Below are positions 1-11,764 of a DNA stretch of 52,324 nt, one piece after another (the stretch's first letter is position 1; every line of letters begins with the position of its first letter). The notes beneath the pieces were generated by a model that saw only the letters and a list, made by a program, of their open reading frames with translations, made no database searches and had not been told where the DNA came from. Location: the NCBI GenBank assembly GCA_051941275.1, contig JAVEBF010000019.1, positions 1 to 52,324 of the forward strand, in the 5' to 3' direction. The DNA comes from Dirinaria sp. TL-2023a (Eukaryota). Position numbers and translations under genes: made by a program.

Positions 1-33
1 CTTCTACAGCGGGGTCTCCCGTGACTTTTTTTG

Positions 34-66
34 CACCACCACCACCACCACCACCACCACCACCAC
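34..66. repeat. (CAC)11 trinucleotide microsatellite
   Basis: Perfect CAC/CCA tandem run read directly; it explains the poly-Pro in the spurious ORF 21..305. Confidence 0.95.
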
Positions 67-762
67 ACATCGAGCGGGAGAAAATAATGTTCAAGATTCC
101 CCGTACCTGGCTAAGAAGAAGCCCTGGCCACCAACTTTCAATCGAAACGAAATTTCAGACAACACCCAATGCAGTTACAATGAAACAGTCAGTCAGTCTA
201 GCCCAAGACAGGGACTTCGTATATCTTGTGTTTATCCACACATATACTTATACAACCTACGTGCAAAAAAAAACCTCCTTTTCCGACCAAGTAAGAAAGT
301 TGTGACAGGGTAGTCATGGTATATGTATATGTATATCCCCCACCTTTACACACTTTCCCCCTCCAAAAAGAAAGAGAAAAGAAAAGAAAAGAATAAAACC
401 AACGAATACTCCTCACAATGCAAGTACGATACAGTGCCAATGCAGTGCCAATGCGAATACTACCAACCTGTGATCTGTGTCTGTTGCACCCGTTGAGAAA
501 CCACCCTTCTTTCCCCACCCTTTCCAAACAATCTCGCCGTTTTCCCAAAAAACTGATCACGTTTGAAACGAATCCAAACAGACAAAAGCCCGTCAAATCT
601 CTCCCCGCACGGGGTGCCCTGACCCCTTTCGCTCTTCCTCGCAGCATAGTCCATACATTCTGGATATAAAAACACCGAGACTGAGAGTGGTACATCATAG
701 AATATACATACATACAGTACATGAGACTTCTCTACATACAGGAACACCCTTTTTGATTTTTT

Positions 763-3043
763 TTATTTCCCCTTCTTGATGTCGTCGGCGATTTTTTCGG
801 TTAGTGCATCTGTATTTTCAGCGTTAGCACCATAACTCTGTACGGATGTGAATGGGTTCAAGTTCCAAGGCAAATTAAAAAGGAAAGACAGGGAAAAGAT
901 GTTGGTCCCATTGATTGAGAAAGAAAGAGAAAAAGAGAGAGAGAGCAATTATAGAGATGGGGGGAGGGAGGAAAAAAAACTCACAAATCGTCGCCAACGG
1001 GTGTCCCGGGACCAAGAAAGGCATGGCCGACGCATCGACGACGCGCAGGTTCTTGACCCCGATCACCTTGGCCGTGCTGTCAACCACGGCGAGCGGATCA
1101 CTCGTCTTGCCCATCTTGCACGACGCCGAGACGTGGTAGATCGGGGTGATGGTTTTGCGGATGTAGGCCAGGATCTGGGCGTCGGTCTGGACGGCCGGGC
1201 CGGGCAGGAACTCGTCCCCGACGAGGATGGGCTTCATGTGGGAGAAGACGGCGCGGGCGCGCTTGAAGGCCGCGACGGCCACTTGCGCGTCCGTGTCGCT
1301 CGTGATCCAGTTCGGATTGATCAGGGGAGCGACGGAGGAGTCGGCGGAAGAGATCGAGATGGTTCCTCGTGACAGCGGCGCGTTGAGGCCCGTCGACATC
1401 GTGGCGAAGTTCGTCCCATCCAGAGGAGCGCCGCCGGGTACCCCGGGCGTGACAAGATACTCGATTTCCGGCCAGTCGCTGGAAAATTTGGCCAGGTCCT
1501 TCTTGGCTGCCGCTGTGAAGTTCGAACGTAATGGTGCTGGGATCTTTTCCCAGCCTATTTAGAAACACAGCGCAGATCAGCACTTGCACGGCTCTGGTAA
1601 GGGAAATTCAGAAGTAGAAAGAAGGTCCTACCCAGAAAGTCACCACCTGGACTGGTCAGAGGCCCAGTACGTTGAGCATTGAATTGGGTGATGGCGGCTG
1701 CAAGGGGTCCTGGGTAGCTAAGCTGAGATGTAGCAAGCTTGACTCGATAGCTTGGCCCGAAGAGGCAGTGATCCTGTAGGATTGACGGTCAGCTAATGCA
1801 TCATCGGATGAAGGAACGATGCATGCAGTCATGCACGAATGCAGTTTCAGGAACACCAATCAACAGTGCAGTTGCAGTCACTCACCTGCAGATTTTGTCC
1901 TACACCGGCGCGGTCCGCGACCACTGGAATATTGAATTTCTGCAATGTTGCCGCCGGACCGACGCCCGACACCATGAGCATCTGGGGTGATTGGAAGGCG
2001 CCAGCAGACAGGATGACCTCCTTGTTGGCGTTGATGTTGTACGTCGAGCCAGCAGTATCCACTTGAACACCGGTAGCCGCTTTGTTAGCGTTGAACAATA
2101 TCTTTTTCGCCATGGTGTTGTGGAAGACAATCAGATTCGGCTGACTCTTCAGCGAAGGCTGGAGAAAAGCCGTTTCAGAGCTGTCTCGGATCTGTTCGCC
2201 AGCGCGAATCGTACCAATGGCGTACGAAGTACCGTTGAGGACACCGTTCATGAAACCTTTCTGGGGCTTGACTCCGATGGCATTGAGAGCCGGCTTAGCC
2301 CAGCTGGCGAGTGGCTGAGCGAACGCGGGCCAGGTGACCTGCAAATCACCATTGTTGCCTACTATGGCGGCGTCGTAGTCAACAGACGCATTGGAGGCTC
2401 GCGCAGCAGGAGGGGGGCTGAACTTCAACGTCTTCTGGTAGAATGGTAAAAGGTTATCCCACGTATAGCTGTTGTCGCCGACGGCGTCTGCCCATTGCTG
2501 GAGAGCTCCTTTCGTTGGTCGGTGGAAGCCGAGAAAGTTGCGAGCACTCGTTCCGCCTAATGTCTTGCCTCGAGCATAATGGACTTGGGTATTTCCTCTG
2601 CCCTATCGAGAGTGAGCACATCAACCACTACACCCCTATTCGGACAGACATACAGCTTGAGGAGTGGTGACGAATTTCCAGTCAATCAAGGGATTGATGA
2701 CGCCTGAAATATTCAGACCGGCAGAACCGATATCAAACGCGGCTATTTGGCTGTGATTTCCGTTGTCTTGCTCGTAAAACCCACCGGCCTCGATGACTGC
2801 AACTTTGAGTGCCTGGTTCTCGGCCAGTCTGTTGGCCATAAGCAAACCGGCGCTACCGCCACCAAGAATCACATAGTCAAAAGTCTGGTCTGTGCCAGGT
2901 ATTCCAAAAGAAGAGCCCGAGAGGAGAGGGTATTGTGATGTGGGTCCCTTGGCTTGAGGGGCAGCTTGAGGCCGTGGAATGGCCTGTGTGAAGGTCGCAA
3001 AGGCCAGGATAGAGGCCGCAGACTGAAGGAAGGAATGCATCAT
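763..3043 (-). CDS. Secreted GMC (glucose-methanol-choline) oxidoreductase, PatE/versicolorin B synthase/aryl-alcohol oxidase-like; 5 exons
   Basis: Signal-peptide-like N-terminus MMHSFLQSAASILAFATFTQA. FAD motif DYVILGGGSAG, RGKTLGGTSARN, EVILSAGAFQSPQMLMVSGVG. Catalytic IYH..CKMG and VVDASAMP..PGHP. Joining exons at GT-AG sites gives an open frame ending ATIYALTEKIADDIKKGK* (TAA 763-765). Confidence 0.93.
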
Positions 3044-5002
3044 ACACAATACTAAGGAGTATATTGAATGAGATATCAGACAAAGGAGAAGTCAAAGAAC
3101 GGAAAACGAACGAACGAATGAAGACGAAAAAACCTCGAATGATAAAACCAAAACCCTCAGCTGTGGTGCCGCAGACATGAGGGTTTTATAATAAACACCT
3201 TGGATTGCGGTCGCCACAGACCTTCGTTTTGCGAAACCGTTCCAACATTGCTGATGTTCCGCCACCCTCAGCCGGGAGCCCCGGGTTTTCCAGGGCGGGA
3301 CTTGGCTATCATTTCCCATATACTAATAAAAACCATTATCCAGGCCGGCACAATCACTCTCAAGGCGGCGTAGTCGATCTAGGCAGACGGGAGAGAGTTG
3401 TTGTATGATTTGGGATCGTCAAGCGAGTAGGGTCCTGAACAGCAGCTGGTGTCCAAAATCATGGCTCGTGAACACGATCATGTGGTATCGCCCGGCAAGA
3501 TTGATCGAGCCATAGGGACACGATGGATCAACCAATGTGATGGAAAATGAGAATTGGTGCGATGTTGGTATCGCCCCGAGAAGTGAATTGGCAGCCTAGA
3601 GGGTCAGATAGTGATGGATCTCTCGGGTCCCGGGGCGAGAGAGTATCAACCATATGGCAAAGTAGATTAGATTTTAGTTCCAAGTGATGATCTCTGCATA
3701 TCCACGTGGCCCTAGTGTGGTCACACAGCTATATTTGCCGAGCGAGAGTCAGAACGTGTGTTCCTGCATTCATTGGGGCTTGATGGTGTTTCATGGCCAA
3801 GATCGGCAAGGTTTCAGCTTTGGAGGAGCCTTTAGTATAGGGTGTGATGGATTAGCTCAGCAACCACGTTGGGGCTGATGATAGACTTTCGTTAAAGCCC
3901 CAGCGAGCCACTACTATCAAGGGCTGTGGACTCGTGTAGATGGCAGAATCCGTGCTGCCAGTGTGGTTGGTGGGCCCGAATGATTCTAGATCTCTATTAG
4001 CCGCCAATCAAGAGCGATGTTGCATTCGGCAGTCGGTCATCGGTACGCGAAGTATGGCGAGCATAGATGACTTTGAGGGTTCATGATCATGACATTGCAG
4101 TAGAAGAGTCTTGTTGCATAAGGTAAGATCTTACTCCAAGCAAGGTACGAAGGGCGACTTGTGCCAGAATGAATAGGGTTCTCCCAGGGTTGTTCAAACA
4201 ACGATCGAGAACTCGTAGGGCTCACAGCCTCCAATGGTACAGTAGTGTAGGATCAAATACTTTACAGACTGATCTATTATAACAAGCTATGGCGAAGCGC
4301 TGTGACAGTGCCATGATAAGGTCCCAATCCTACGCCAGCCCTATTAGGCTATCCTTTCGCTAGTCCCGTAGAACGACCAGCTGGCGGATTCCACTCCCAG
4401 CACGTATGCCGTGGATGAGCCCTGATCATCAAAGAGGTATAGCCACGAGGACTAAGAAATGAAGACTTGGAATTTAGTGCCAAAGCGGCGCAGCATCGGA
4501 GGAATCCCATATCCGGTTACTTTTGAATGTATGACAGGTCGATCTTCATCCCTCGGTGTTCGCAGATACGGGCCGCTGAAGGCCTGGAGTTAGCTCTTTG
4601 AGTGTCATCTGCCATGCCTACCTTAGGATGTCGAGGAGACGGGGACCTCGGTACGCCCTCATCGGCTCGCGAGCATGAGCCAGCGTGATGAAAGTTCTTG
4701 AAGCGCTAAACGGCGCTAATTCTCAATATCAGGAAAAGCGATTTCTGTGGTTTACCCAATTCCCTTTCCTTTTCTATCTTCTATTCTTGTTGGAGGTGGG
4801 GAAATCGTGGAAGGAAGACGCCATCTGATGCATTTCCAATGTAGTTTCCCTATCCACCACCTTCGTCAAGGTCTGAAGGAGGGAAAGCCAAACATGAATC
4901 TCAAATAGATTGAGTAGAAGCTATGTAGATAAGCTGAGCGTATGTTCTTATGGCACCAATAGACACAGTCGGGCTCGTCTCGCGCGCTGTAGCTTCTTCT
5001 TC

Positions 5003-6330
5003 TTAAGCTCGAGTCTCCATCTTGACCCTTGTCTTCGATTTGAAAAGCATATCCAGCAATTTGCCCAGCGTCTCCGGCTGGACATCTTCGAGCGTCAATA
5101 TGATTCTGGGTGACGACATACCTCCGTCTACCAGGTGGCTAACATCTGGGGTCGTGAAATCCATGTTGATCGCATGTTCGGTAGCTGTCGGTTCCAAGTC
5201 ATTCGTCATAGCTGATGGAGCGACTGTCGGGGTGGCTTGCCAAAAGGGAGTGTTGGTGGGGTCGAGGGGCTTTTCTTCGCTCGGCCAGCCGTGCGACGAG
5301 AATGGCCCTGGTGCTAGGAAGCTGTCGAGGTTGCCGAAATCGAAGGAAGGGCTCATGCTCGGAGCGCAGACAGCGTTGAGGTCGTGAGTACTGGTTTTTG
5401 CCATCGCCGTGTCCGGCTGGCTCATTTGGATGTTGTTAGAGTTGGGGCTGTCGAAAAAGTAGGTCATGAGAGGATCGTCACCCGAGTACGCGGTGGAGCT
5501 TATGCTGGTAGGTTCTGATGGTTCTTCCGAGGACATGTCTTCGTCAGAGGCCGAGTCATCGGAATCGTCCTCACTTTCGACTCGAGATGAGCTGGCTTTT
5601 CTCTTCTCGGGTGAATGCCGTCCTAGCGCAGCCTGTCGCCGACGGTCCATGATGGCGTGTCTGATGATGATGTTCAGCTTTCACATAGCTCTTCGGAGCG
5701 TTCGAGCCTACCGGTTCTTGACGTTGGTCGGAGACCGACCTGGGAATGTGGTGTTGGTGATAGCTTTCCAATTTCGTCCGTAATTATCTACCGCCGCGAC
5801 GAGACGCTCGTCATCCACCGGTGTCCATTCGCTACGGTCCAGCTCCGGATCGAGAAAGTGCTTCCATCGTTTCGCACATTCTACGAAGAGTCAGCATGTG
5901 TATGGCATTGAGGAAGGGGTCGGTATTACGGTCTCCATGGCGAGTGCCCACCATCTGTGCAACCTGAGTCCATCTGCAGGGCGGTCATTTTACGGCTCAA
6001 CCGGCAGTCACGACGAACTCACCGAAAGCCATACTTCTCCACCGCATCTTCCAATCTCTTATCCTCCGCTGCATCCCATACCCCTTTTTTGACAAAATCA
6101 CGAATCTTGCTCCATCGTTTCCGGCAGTCTTTGTTGGTTCGGCCTGGGAGTTTGGCCGCTATGCGATGCCAGTCATTCAGGGCCCCCTGGTTGACTGCAC
6201 ATACGAGAGGCGGTTAACTTTATCTTCACCAGCCCTACATCGTCATCCTACCTTGGGAGTATGCCTCCACCCGTAAAGCTTGGTCCTCTTCCTCCGTCCA
6301 TTTCCTCCGGATACGTCCCGTTGAAGTCAT
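5003..6330 (-). CDS. Myb-like (three Myb/SANT repeats) transcription factor, probable cluster regulator; 5 exons
   Basis: Manual splicing of short exons missed by the ORF track gives MTSTGRIRRKWTEEEDQAL..DWHRIAAKLPGRTNKDCRKRW, KGVWDAAEDKRL..RWTQVAQMVGTRHGDQCAKRWKHFL and SEWTPVDDERL..RNWKAI..FPGRSPTNVKNR. These are followed by an acidic Ser-rich C-terminus (ORF 5003..5650). Confidence 0.92.
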
Positions 6331-8435
6331 GATAGCAATACTGATCAAAGACGACTAAACAAAAAACAACAATAAAAAAAATTAGAGATGAGTTACTGTG
6401 CTGGGCAATATAAAAACCGGCTATTATGTACGCTATGTAACATCCTCAGTGAAGACGCCTATCTGTCTAGCATGGTGGTTGAAACGGCAGCCGCATCTTC
6501 CTTTGCTGATCCGAAATCTCGCGTGGCGGTGAAAACCGAGCAGTTCAGTCAACAAACATCAAGGTAGTTATGCAGGTCAATGCGGGTAAGCGAATCCTGC
6601 GTTGCGTTTCGTTGCGTTGCGTCGGGGCCATTTTCCCAAAGTTTGGGGCTGGCTCGAGGGTTGCCTAATCGGTTCCATGCAGTGAGATCCTGAGGCTGAT
6701 TGTAGTGTATGCGTCTCGCCGACTACCGAGGAGGTAAAGTACCTTAGGATCGACGGAAATTTTTTCTTAAAGGCCCAGCTGTCTCACCGCATCGCCATCC
6801 TAATTGGTAACGGACTTATGCACGGTACGAAACACAGGAGTTGAAGCACAACGAATGCAGTGGAACGGCACGCTAGGCGATGAATAAGGCCTTATTAGAG
6901 TGTTGGGATTTCCCCCATCTGCCCTCCTTTCCTTTGGGTGAAGGAGATGGAGATGTTCGCTGCCACGTTTCTTGCCCCCACGGGCCACCGACGTCTAACG
7001 CGTTGCAGGTGTGGTCATGGCGGCCCATTCGGACCGTGTCATTCGAGCCAGGGCAAGCGGTGACGAGTCTAGGTCAGAGGTACGCGTTGATCCTATCTAT
7101 CTTACGGGTCTCGAAAATACCTTTCCTGACTATCTCGATCGATGAGAATGGACGGGTTGGTCAGGTCAGATAAGGTAAGACCGATACCTGAATCCGCGAA
7201 GGAAACTTTCAGGATTTTTAGTTTTTTACAGCCACAGCGTTACCTATGCAGCAGTCTCAAGCGCCGACCCCATTCGTTGCACGAGGATTGCGCGCCAATG
7301 GAACATCTAACTATCGTTCGGAGGATTGTAAGCTGATGGAGAAAAGGAACCCTATCAAGTGCTTGCCAATTCTCCACCTGGAATCGGAATCTGCGGAGTG
7401 CAGGTAATCTGGTTCAATTTATTCTGCACAACGCTATCATCCTATGTTCGCCCTTTACTACTGCTTTGGCTCGAGGAATTTCCAACGATCTTGTGCCTCG
7501 CCGTCAATCGACGATAAGCGAGAAGTGAGAGCAACTTATCTCATCTTCTCTTGATATGGATACCAGGATGGAATTCCAGGCGGGACTCGATCCGCTGTAC
7601 CGTGGGAGAAAATGATTTGCTCGCCCAAGGCGCCTAGGCTGTGCGGGGTAGAGAAGGAAGGATCGGAAGGCAGCTGATTATCCGCAGTATAGAGGGGGCT
7701 TTGCCAGGTGGAAAATAAAAAGAAATCCATACCGTGACACCCCTTGTAAATTGCTCTGGCCGCACCCTCTTTCGAGTTCCCATATCCTTCCGTATACCTT
7801 AGATATCCATGCAAAGCAGGCATCACCCAGTCTGTTGATTTCTCATCCTCTAACCCCAGCATTGCAGCTAGTGTGCCGGACCAGGCGATTGACGGAAATT
7901 TTCTGTTTCTGGCCAGTGTCGTAGGTCAGATCTGGTGTAACCTCACGTTCTCTCCTTTCCATTGGTTGTCCCAGGCTGACGCTTCTTTTTCACCAGCCCG
8001 ATGCTGTCTCGGCATCGTGTCACGGAGTTTGTCGCAGCTGAAACCCTAGGCACCTTCCTCTGGCATGGCTGGCCACGGCAAATGGGCGTCTATGCAAATG
8101 CATAAAGGGTGATGGGTCCCGGCTCAACTCAGGTCCTCCAACTCATTCACCAACCTTGCTTTCCACGCCAGCTAGCTCGATTCCTCGAGTCGAACCAGGT
8201 CTTCGGCCGGCAGTCGAATGAGAGGTCAATGCCAACATTATGATGATCGCCAGCCACGGGCGGGAGCCCGAGCCTCTCATATCTCATGCAGGAGGAACGT
8301 GAGCTGGTGCTACGCTGCGAACTTGTCTACTTGTAAAAACGTGCTACCGCCTGCCTTGTTATCGCTTCGTCGACTAGAACTTAGAATCCCACGGCTTCAG
8401 ATAAGAATACATCACGTTAGCTTTTGACCATCACA

Positions 8436-9508
8436 ATGCCTTCCGCAACTGCCCCAGCTCCGCCCGCTTTCTACGTCCCGACGGTGGACATTGGCCCCTT
8501 CCTGGATGATCCGACCTCGAAAGAATCCGAGGCTATCATCGAAGACGTTCGAGCCGCGTGCTTGAGCACCGGATTCTTCGTGATCACAAACCACGGCATT
8601 CCGACCTCTCTCCAAGACTCCGTCTTCGATGCGGCCGCCGAATTCTTCAAGCTGCCCTTGGACGAGAAGAAAAAGCTCGATGCCAAGACCAGCATCGGCC
8701 ACAGAGGCTACGACGTGCTGGCTTCGCAATCCTACGAAGAAGACGTCCTGCCTGACTTGAAAGAAGTAGAACCCCATTTTGCCCGTTTCCGTGAGATCCC
8801 CAATTGTAACGTAATCTCCAGGGTTTCTTCGTCGGCGAGGATGTCCCCTCCACCGACCCTCGCGTGCAAGCGCGCCGCTTCTTCATGGGGAGCAACGTCT
8901 GGCCCCCGGCGTCGACCATTGCACCCAGTGCCTTTCAGGAGCCCGTGGAGGCCTACCTGACCGGCATCACGGCCCTCACCCTGCGAGTCCTGGACCTGAT
9001 CGCCCGCACGCTGCCCTACGGCCCGCAGATCTTCGACGACTTCAAGGCCCACAACCCGGTCACGCCGCTCCGCCTGCTGCACTACCCGCCGGCGCAGAAG
9101 ACGGAGCGCCGCCAGCTCGGCGCCAGCGCGCATACCGATTTCGGCGCCCTGACGCTCCTCTTGCAGGATGGGACGTCGGGTCTGCAGGTCCTGGACTCCA
9201 CGACGGACAAGTGGGTCGACATTGCGCCCGATCGCGAGGGTTACGTGGTCAACATTGGGGACATGCTGTCTATGTGGACGGGGGGGCTGTACAAGAGCAG
9301 TGTGCACCGGGTCATCAACGACAATCCCAAGGATCGGTACAGTGTGGTGTTTTTCTACGACGGGAACCTGGATTGCCCGCTCAGCCCGTTGGATGGCAGT
9401 CAAGTCAAGGAAGGCAGGAAGATTCTGACGGTGGAGGATCACATGATCAAACGGATGACGGAGTCTTACGGGGTGCAACCGAAGAAGATGGAAGGGGTCG
9501 AGGTTTGA
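8436..9508 (+). CDS. 2-oxoglutarate/Fe(II)-dependent dioxygenase (DIOX_N + 2OG-FeII_Oxy; CitB/TropC-type family); one intron 8766-8821
   Basis: VPTVDI..ACLSTGFFVITNHGI N-terminal domain; HTD facial-triad motif (AHTDFGALTLL), distal His (SVHRV) and RYS 2OG-binding motif. Confidence 0.93.
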
Positions 9509-10137
9509 TTCCGATCACCGTCGGATCAAAGTCGGATCAATTCGGGTGCGTGTACGATGGACGGAGGTTGAATTAAAGGACTGTTACACAGCACAGGGCA
9601 AGGCATCAGTTACTGGAAGGCTCAAGTGGTGTAAGGTAAAGTACTGCAGTCTTAGGTAACGTAAGGGCAGTCTTGGTTAAATTCCTTGTCCTACCTGACC
9701 TTACCTACTTCGCCTATGACGTCTATGCCCAATGAGGTTTAGTTGGCGGCAAAGCCGGTGGGTACCTTACATAAGGTACTTAGGTAAGGTACTACTGAGG
9801 TACTTTAAATTACAGCCAAGTAAAGCACTTTAGAGTGACGGTCACGGGTACTTCCATGATGATATCACCGGGATGAGTGGCGGGAGACGCCGGGCCCGCC
9901 CCCTCCATTTTGCCGTTTCTGGGCGGAGGTCGAAGCCGGCGGATAGCCAAGGCTTAGCCAAAGACCGGATACTTGGCCAAATGACTTTTATTTGTACGAC
10001 CTCCGATGCTTGAAGTGGGCTCGGATAAGGTAATGGTCGACCCTTGACCTTGCTGGGGCTGTTCGTGGAGCGAGGCAGCAGGAGCAAGAGCAAACGCAAG
10101 AGAATGATGCTTTATCAACGGAGTGGGTGCTTTGTCA

Positions 10138-10986
10138 TCACTCCTCGACCCATTTCGCCTCCTTCCTCTCCACAAAAGCCTTCAGCCCTATCTGTCCGTT
10201 CACGCTGGCACACAAATCCTGGAAGACGCCCCTCTCCAGCTTGACGCCTTCCCGCAGCCCAACCTCCTGACTGCACTCCACCACCTCCCGCGCCGCTCGG
10301 ACAGCTCCAGGCGACAGTCCCGCGATGAGCGCGGCCGTCTTGACTGCCTCGTCAACACACTCGTCCGCATGGTCCAACACTTTAGAGGCGATTCCCCACT
10401 GCCCTGCCAGCACACCCCCCACTTCGCGTCCCGTCAACACCATTTCCATCGCCCGCGCTTTTCCCACCGCCTTGGCTAGCCGCTGGGTCCCACCTGCACC
10501 GGGTATCAACCCCAACCGGACTTCCGGCAGGGCAAACCGCGCCTCGGCGCTGCAATAAAGCACATCCGCCATAAGCGCGAGCTCGCAGCCGCCACCGAAG
10601 GCGATGCCGTTGACTGCGGCGATAATAGGGCAGCGGCGTTGAGTACAGGTGAAGAGAACGCGGGACCACTCCGCCGGGAAATCGCTGTTCGTGATTTCCT
10701 CAGCCGTGAGGTTGAGCAGCTCCCGCACATCGGCGCCAGCGCAAAAGGCCCGCGGGGATCCGGTCAGGACAATCGCCCGAACAGTGCGGGGAGAAGCGAA
10801 TAGATCGCTCAAACAGGTGTTGAGGTCATGGATGAGCGCAGAAGAAAGCGCGTTGAGGGCTCGTGGACGGTGGAGCGTTATCTGGGCCACGCCGGGGGAG
10901 GGGTAGGTCAAGAGAAGGTTGCTGTAGGGGGAAGGCGAGCTGTCCGGTGCAGCAATGGCTACTGCAGATTCTATTCGCGTTGACAT
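10138..10986 (-). CDS. Enoyl-CoA hydratase/isomerase (crotonase family), intronless
   Basis: ITLHRPRALNAL, AFCAGAD, AVNGIAFGGGCELALMAD and LPEVRLGLIPGAGGTQRL; both catalytic Glu positions are present. Confidence 0.93.
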   Translation of the reverse strand: MSTRIESAVAIAAPDSSPSPYSNLLLTYPSPGVAQITLHRPRALNALSSALIHDLNTCLSDLFASPRTVRAIVLTGSPRAFCAGADVRELLNLTAEEITNSDFPAEWSRVLFTCTQRRCPIIAAVNGIAFGGGCELALMADVLYCSAEARFALPEVRLGLIPGAGGTQRLAKAVGKARAMEMVLTGREVGGVLAGQWGIASKVLDHADECVDEAVKTAALIAGLSPGAVRAAREVVECSQEVGLREGVKLERGVFQDLCASVNGQIGLKAFVERKEAKWVEE

Positions 10987-11513
10987 CCTAGTCGGTAGGT
11001 GTTAAGTTGCAATGTGAAGGCCCGAATTGGAGGAAAAGACGGCGAGGGCGTGTGGGCGATTGAGCGTCAGTCAGGCTGCACTGAGGATGTGGAGGGTCAG
11101 CAGCAGCTTGCTGTAGGGTGGTGCACATGCGTTTGTTGAATAATTACGGCGGTCGCTTCTGTTGGAGCTAACATCTCGATCATTCGGTGCTTCGTGTGGA
11201 GCGTACAGGGTGAGCGGTGTTTCTTTTTCGTTGTGACTCTCGAGATGAGCATCCGACTGCAGCAGGCTGCTAACGCACTGCTGACGGCTCTATGGCTGGA
11301 TGAGAGAGTTGCCGATGATCAAACCTTTTGGCCCCCAGGCTAAGTTACAGCTCCGAGGATACGAACATTCAATGGCGGTGAAAGTAGACTTTCGAGGTCT
11401 TGGCCATCAGCCATCACCGCTTGGAAGGTTGGGTTGGAAAAGATGTGCGATGAGCTCTACCGGAGATTATACAATATCCGTCCAGGGCAGAATTGGGTTG
11501 GTTACAGTATCCT

Positions 11514-11524
11514 GACTCGGGTCC
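11514..11524 (+). promoter_or_regulatory. GACTCGGGTCC motif, copy 1 (ECH/P450 divergent promoter)
   Basis: Exact 11-mer shared with three other cluster promoter sites; a near-copy AACTCGGGTCT lies at 11639-11649. Confidence 0.7.
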
Positions 11525-11764
11525 CGCAGCGTGGGCAGAAATCAGGCACCGTGCCAAGTCAGTGGTTCTTGGCTAAACACCAAGTCAGTACCGCATCCTC
11601 GAGTTGATAACAGGACCCCTAACGAGATAATCTAATCAAACTCGGGTCTGAATTATGTAGCTCGTCGTGCTCGTATATCCATTAAGCAGTAGTGATGGTA
11701 GACGAATAGACTTACCTTCAGCAACCCAGTGTCGCGCTCTACCAAAGCACGTCGCTCTAACGAA

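Noticed and set aside
21..747. Several ORFs (21..305, 198..722, 418..669, 460..747)
   Set aside because: They arise from microsatellite and AT-rich 3' flank sequence and contain no recognisable domains.
7536..7862. ORF containing IFSHGTADRVPP, reminiscent of a hydrolase acid-residue motif
   Set aside because: No nucleophile or oxyanion motifs nearby; a single short motif is not enough support.
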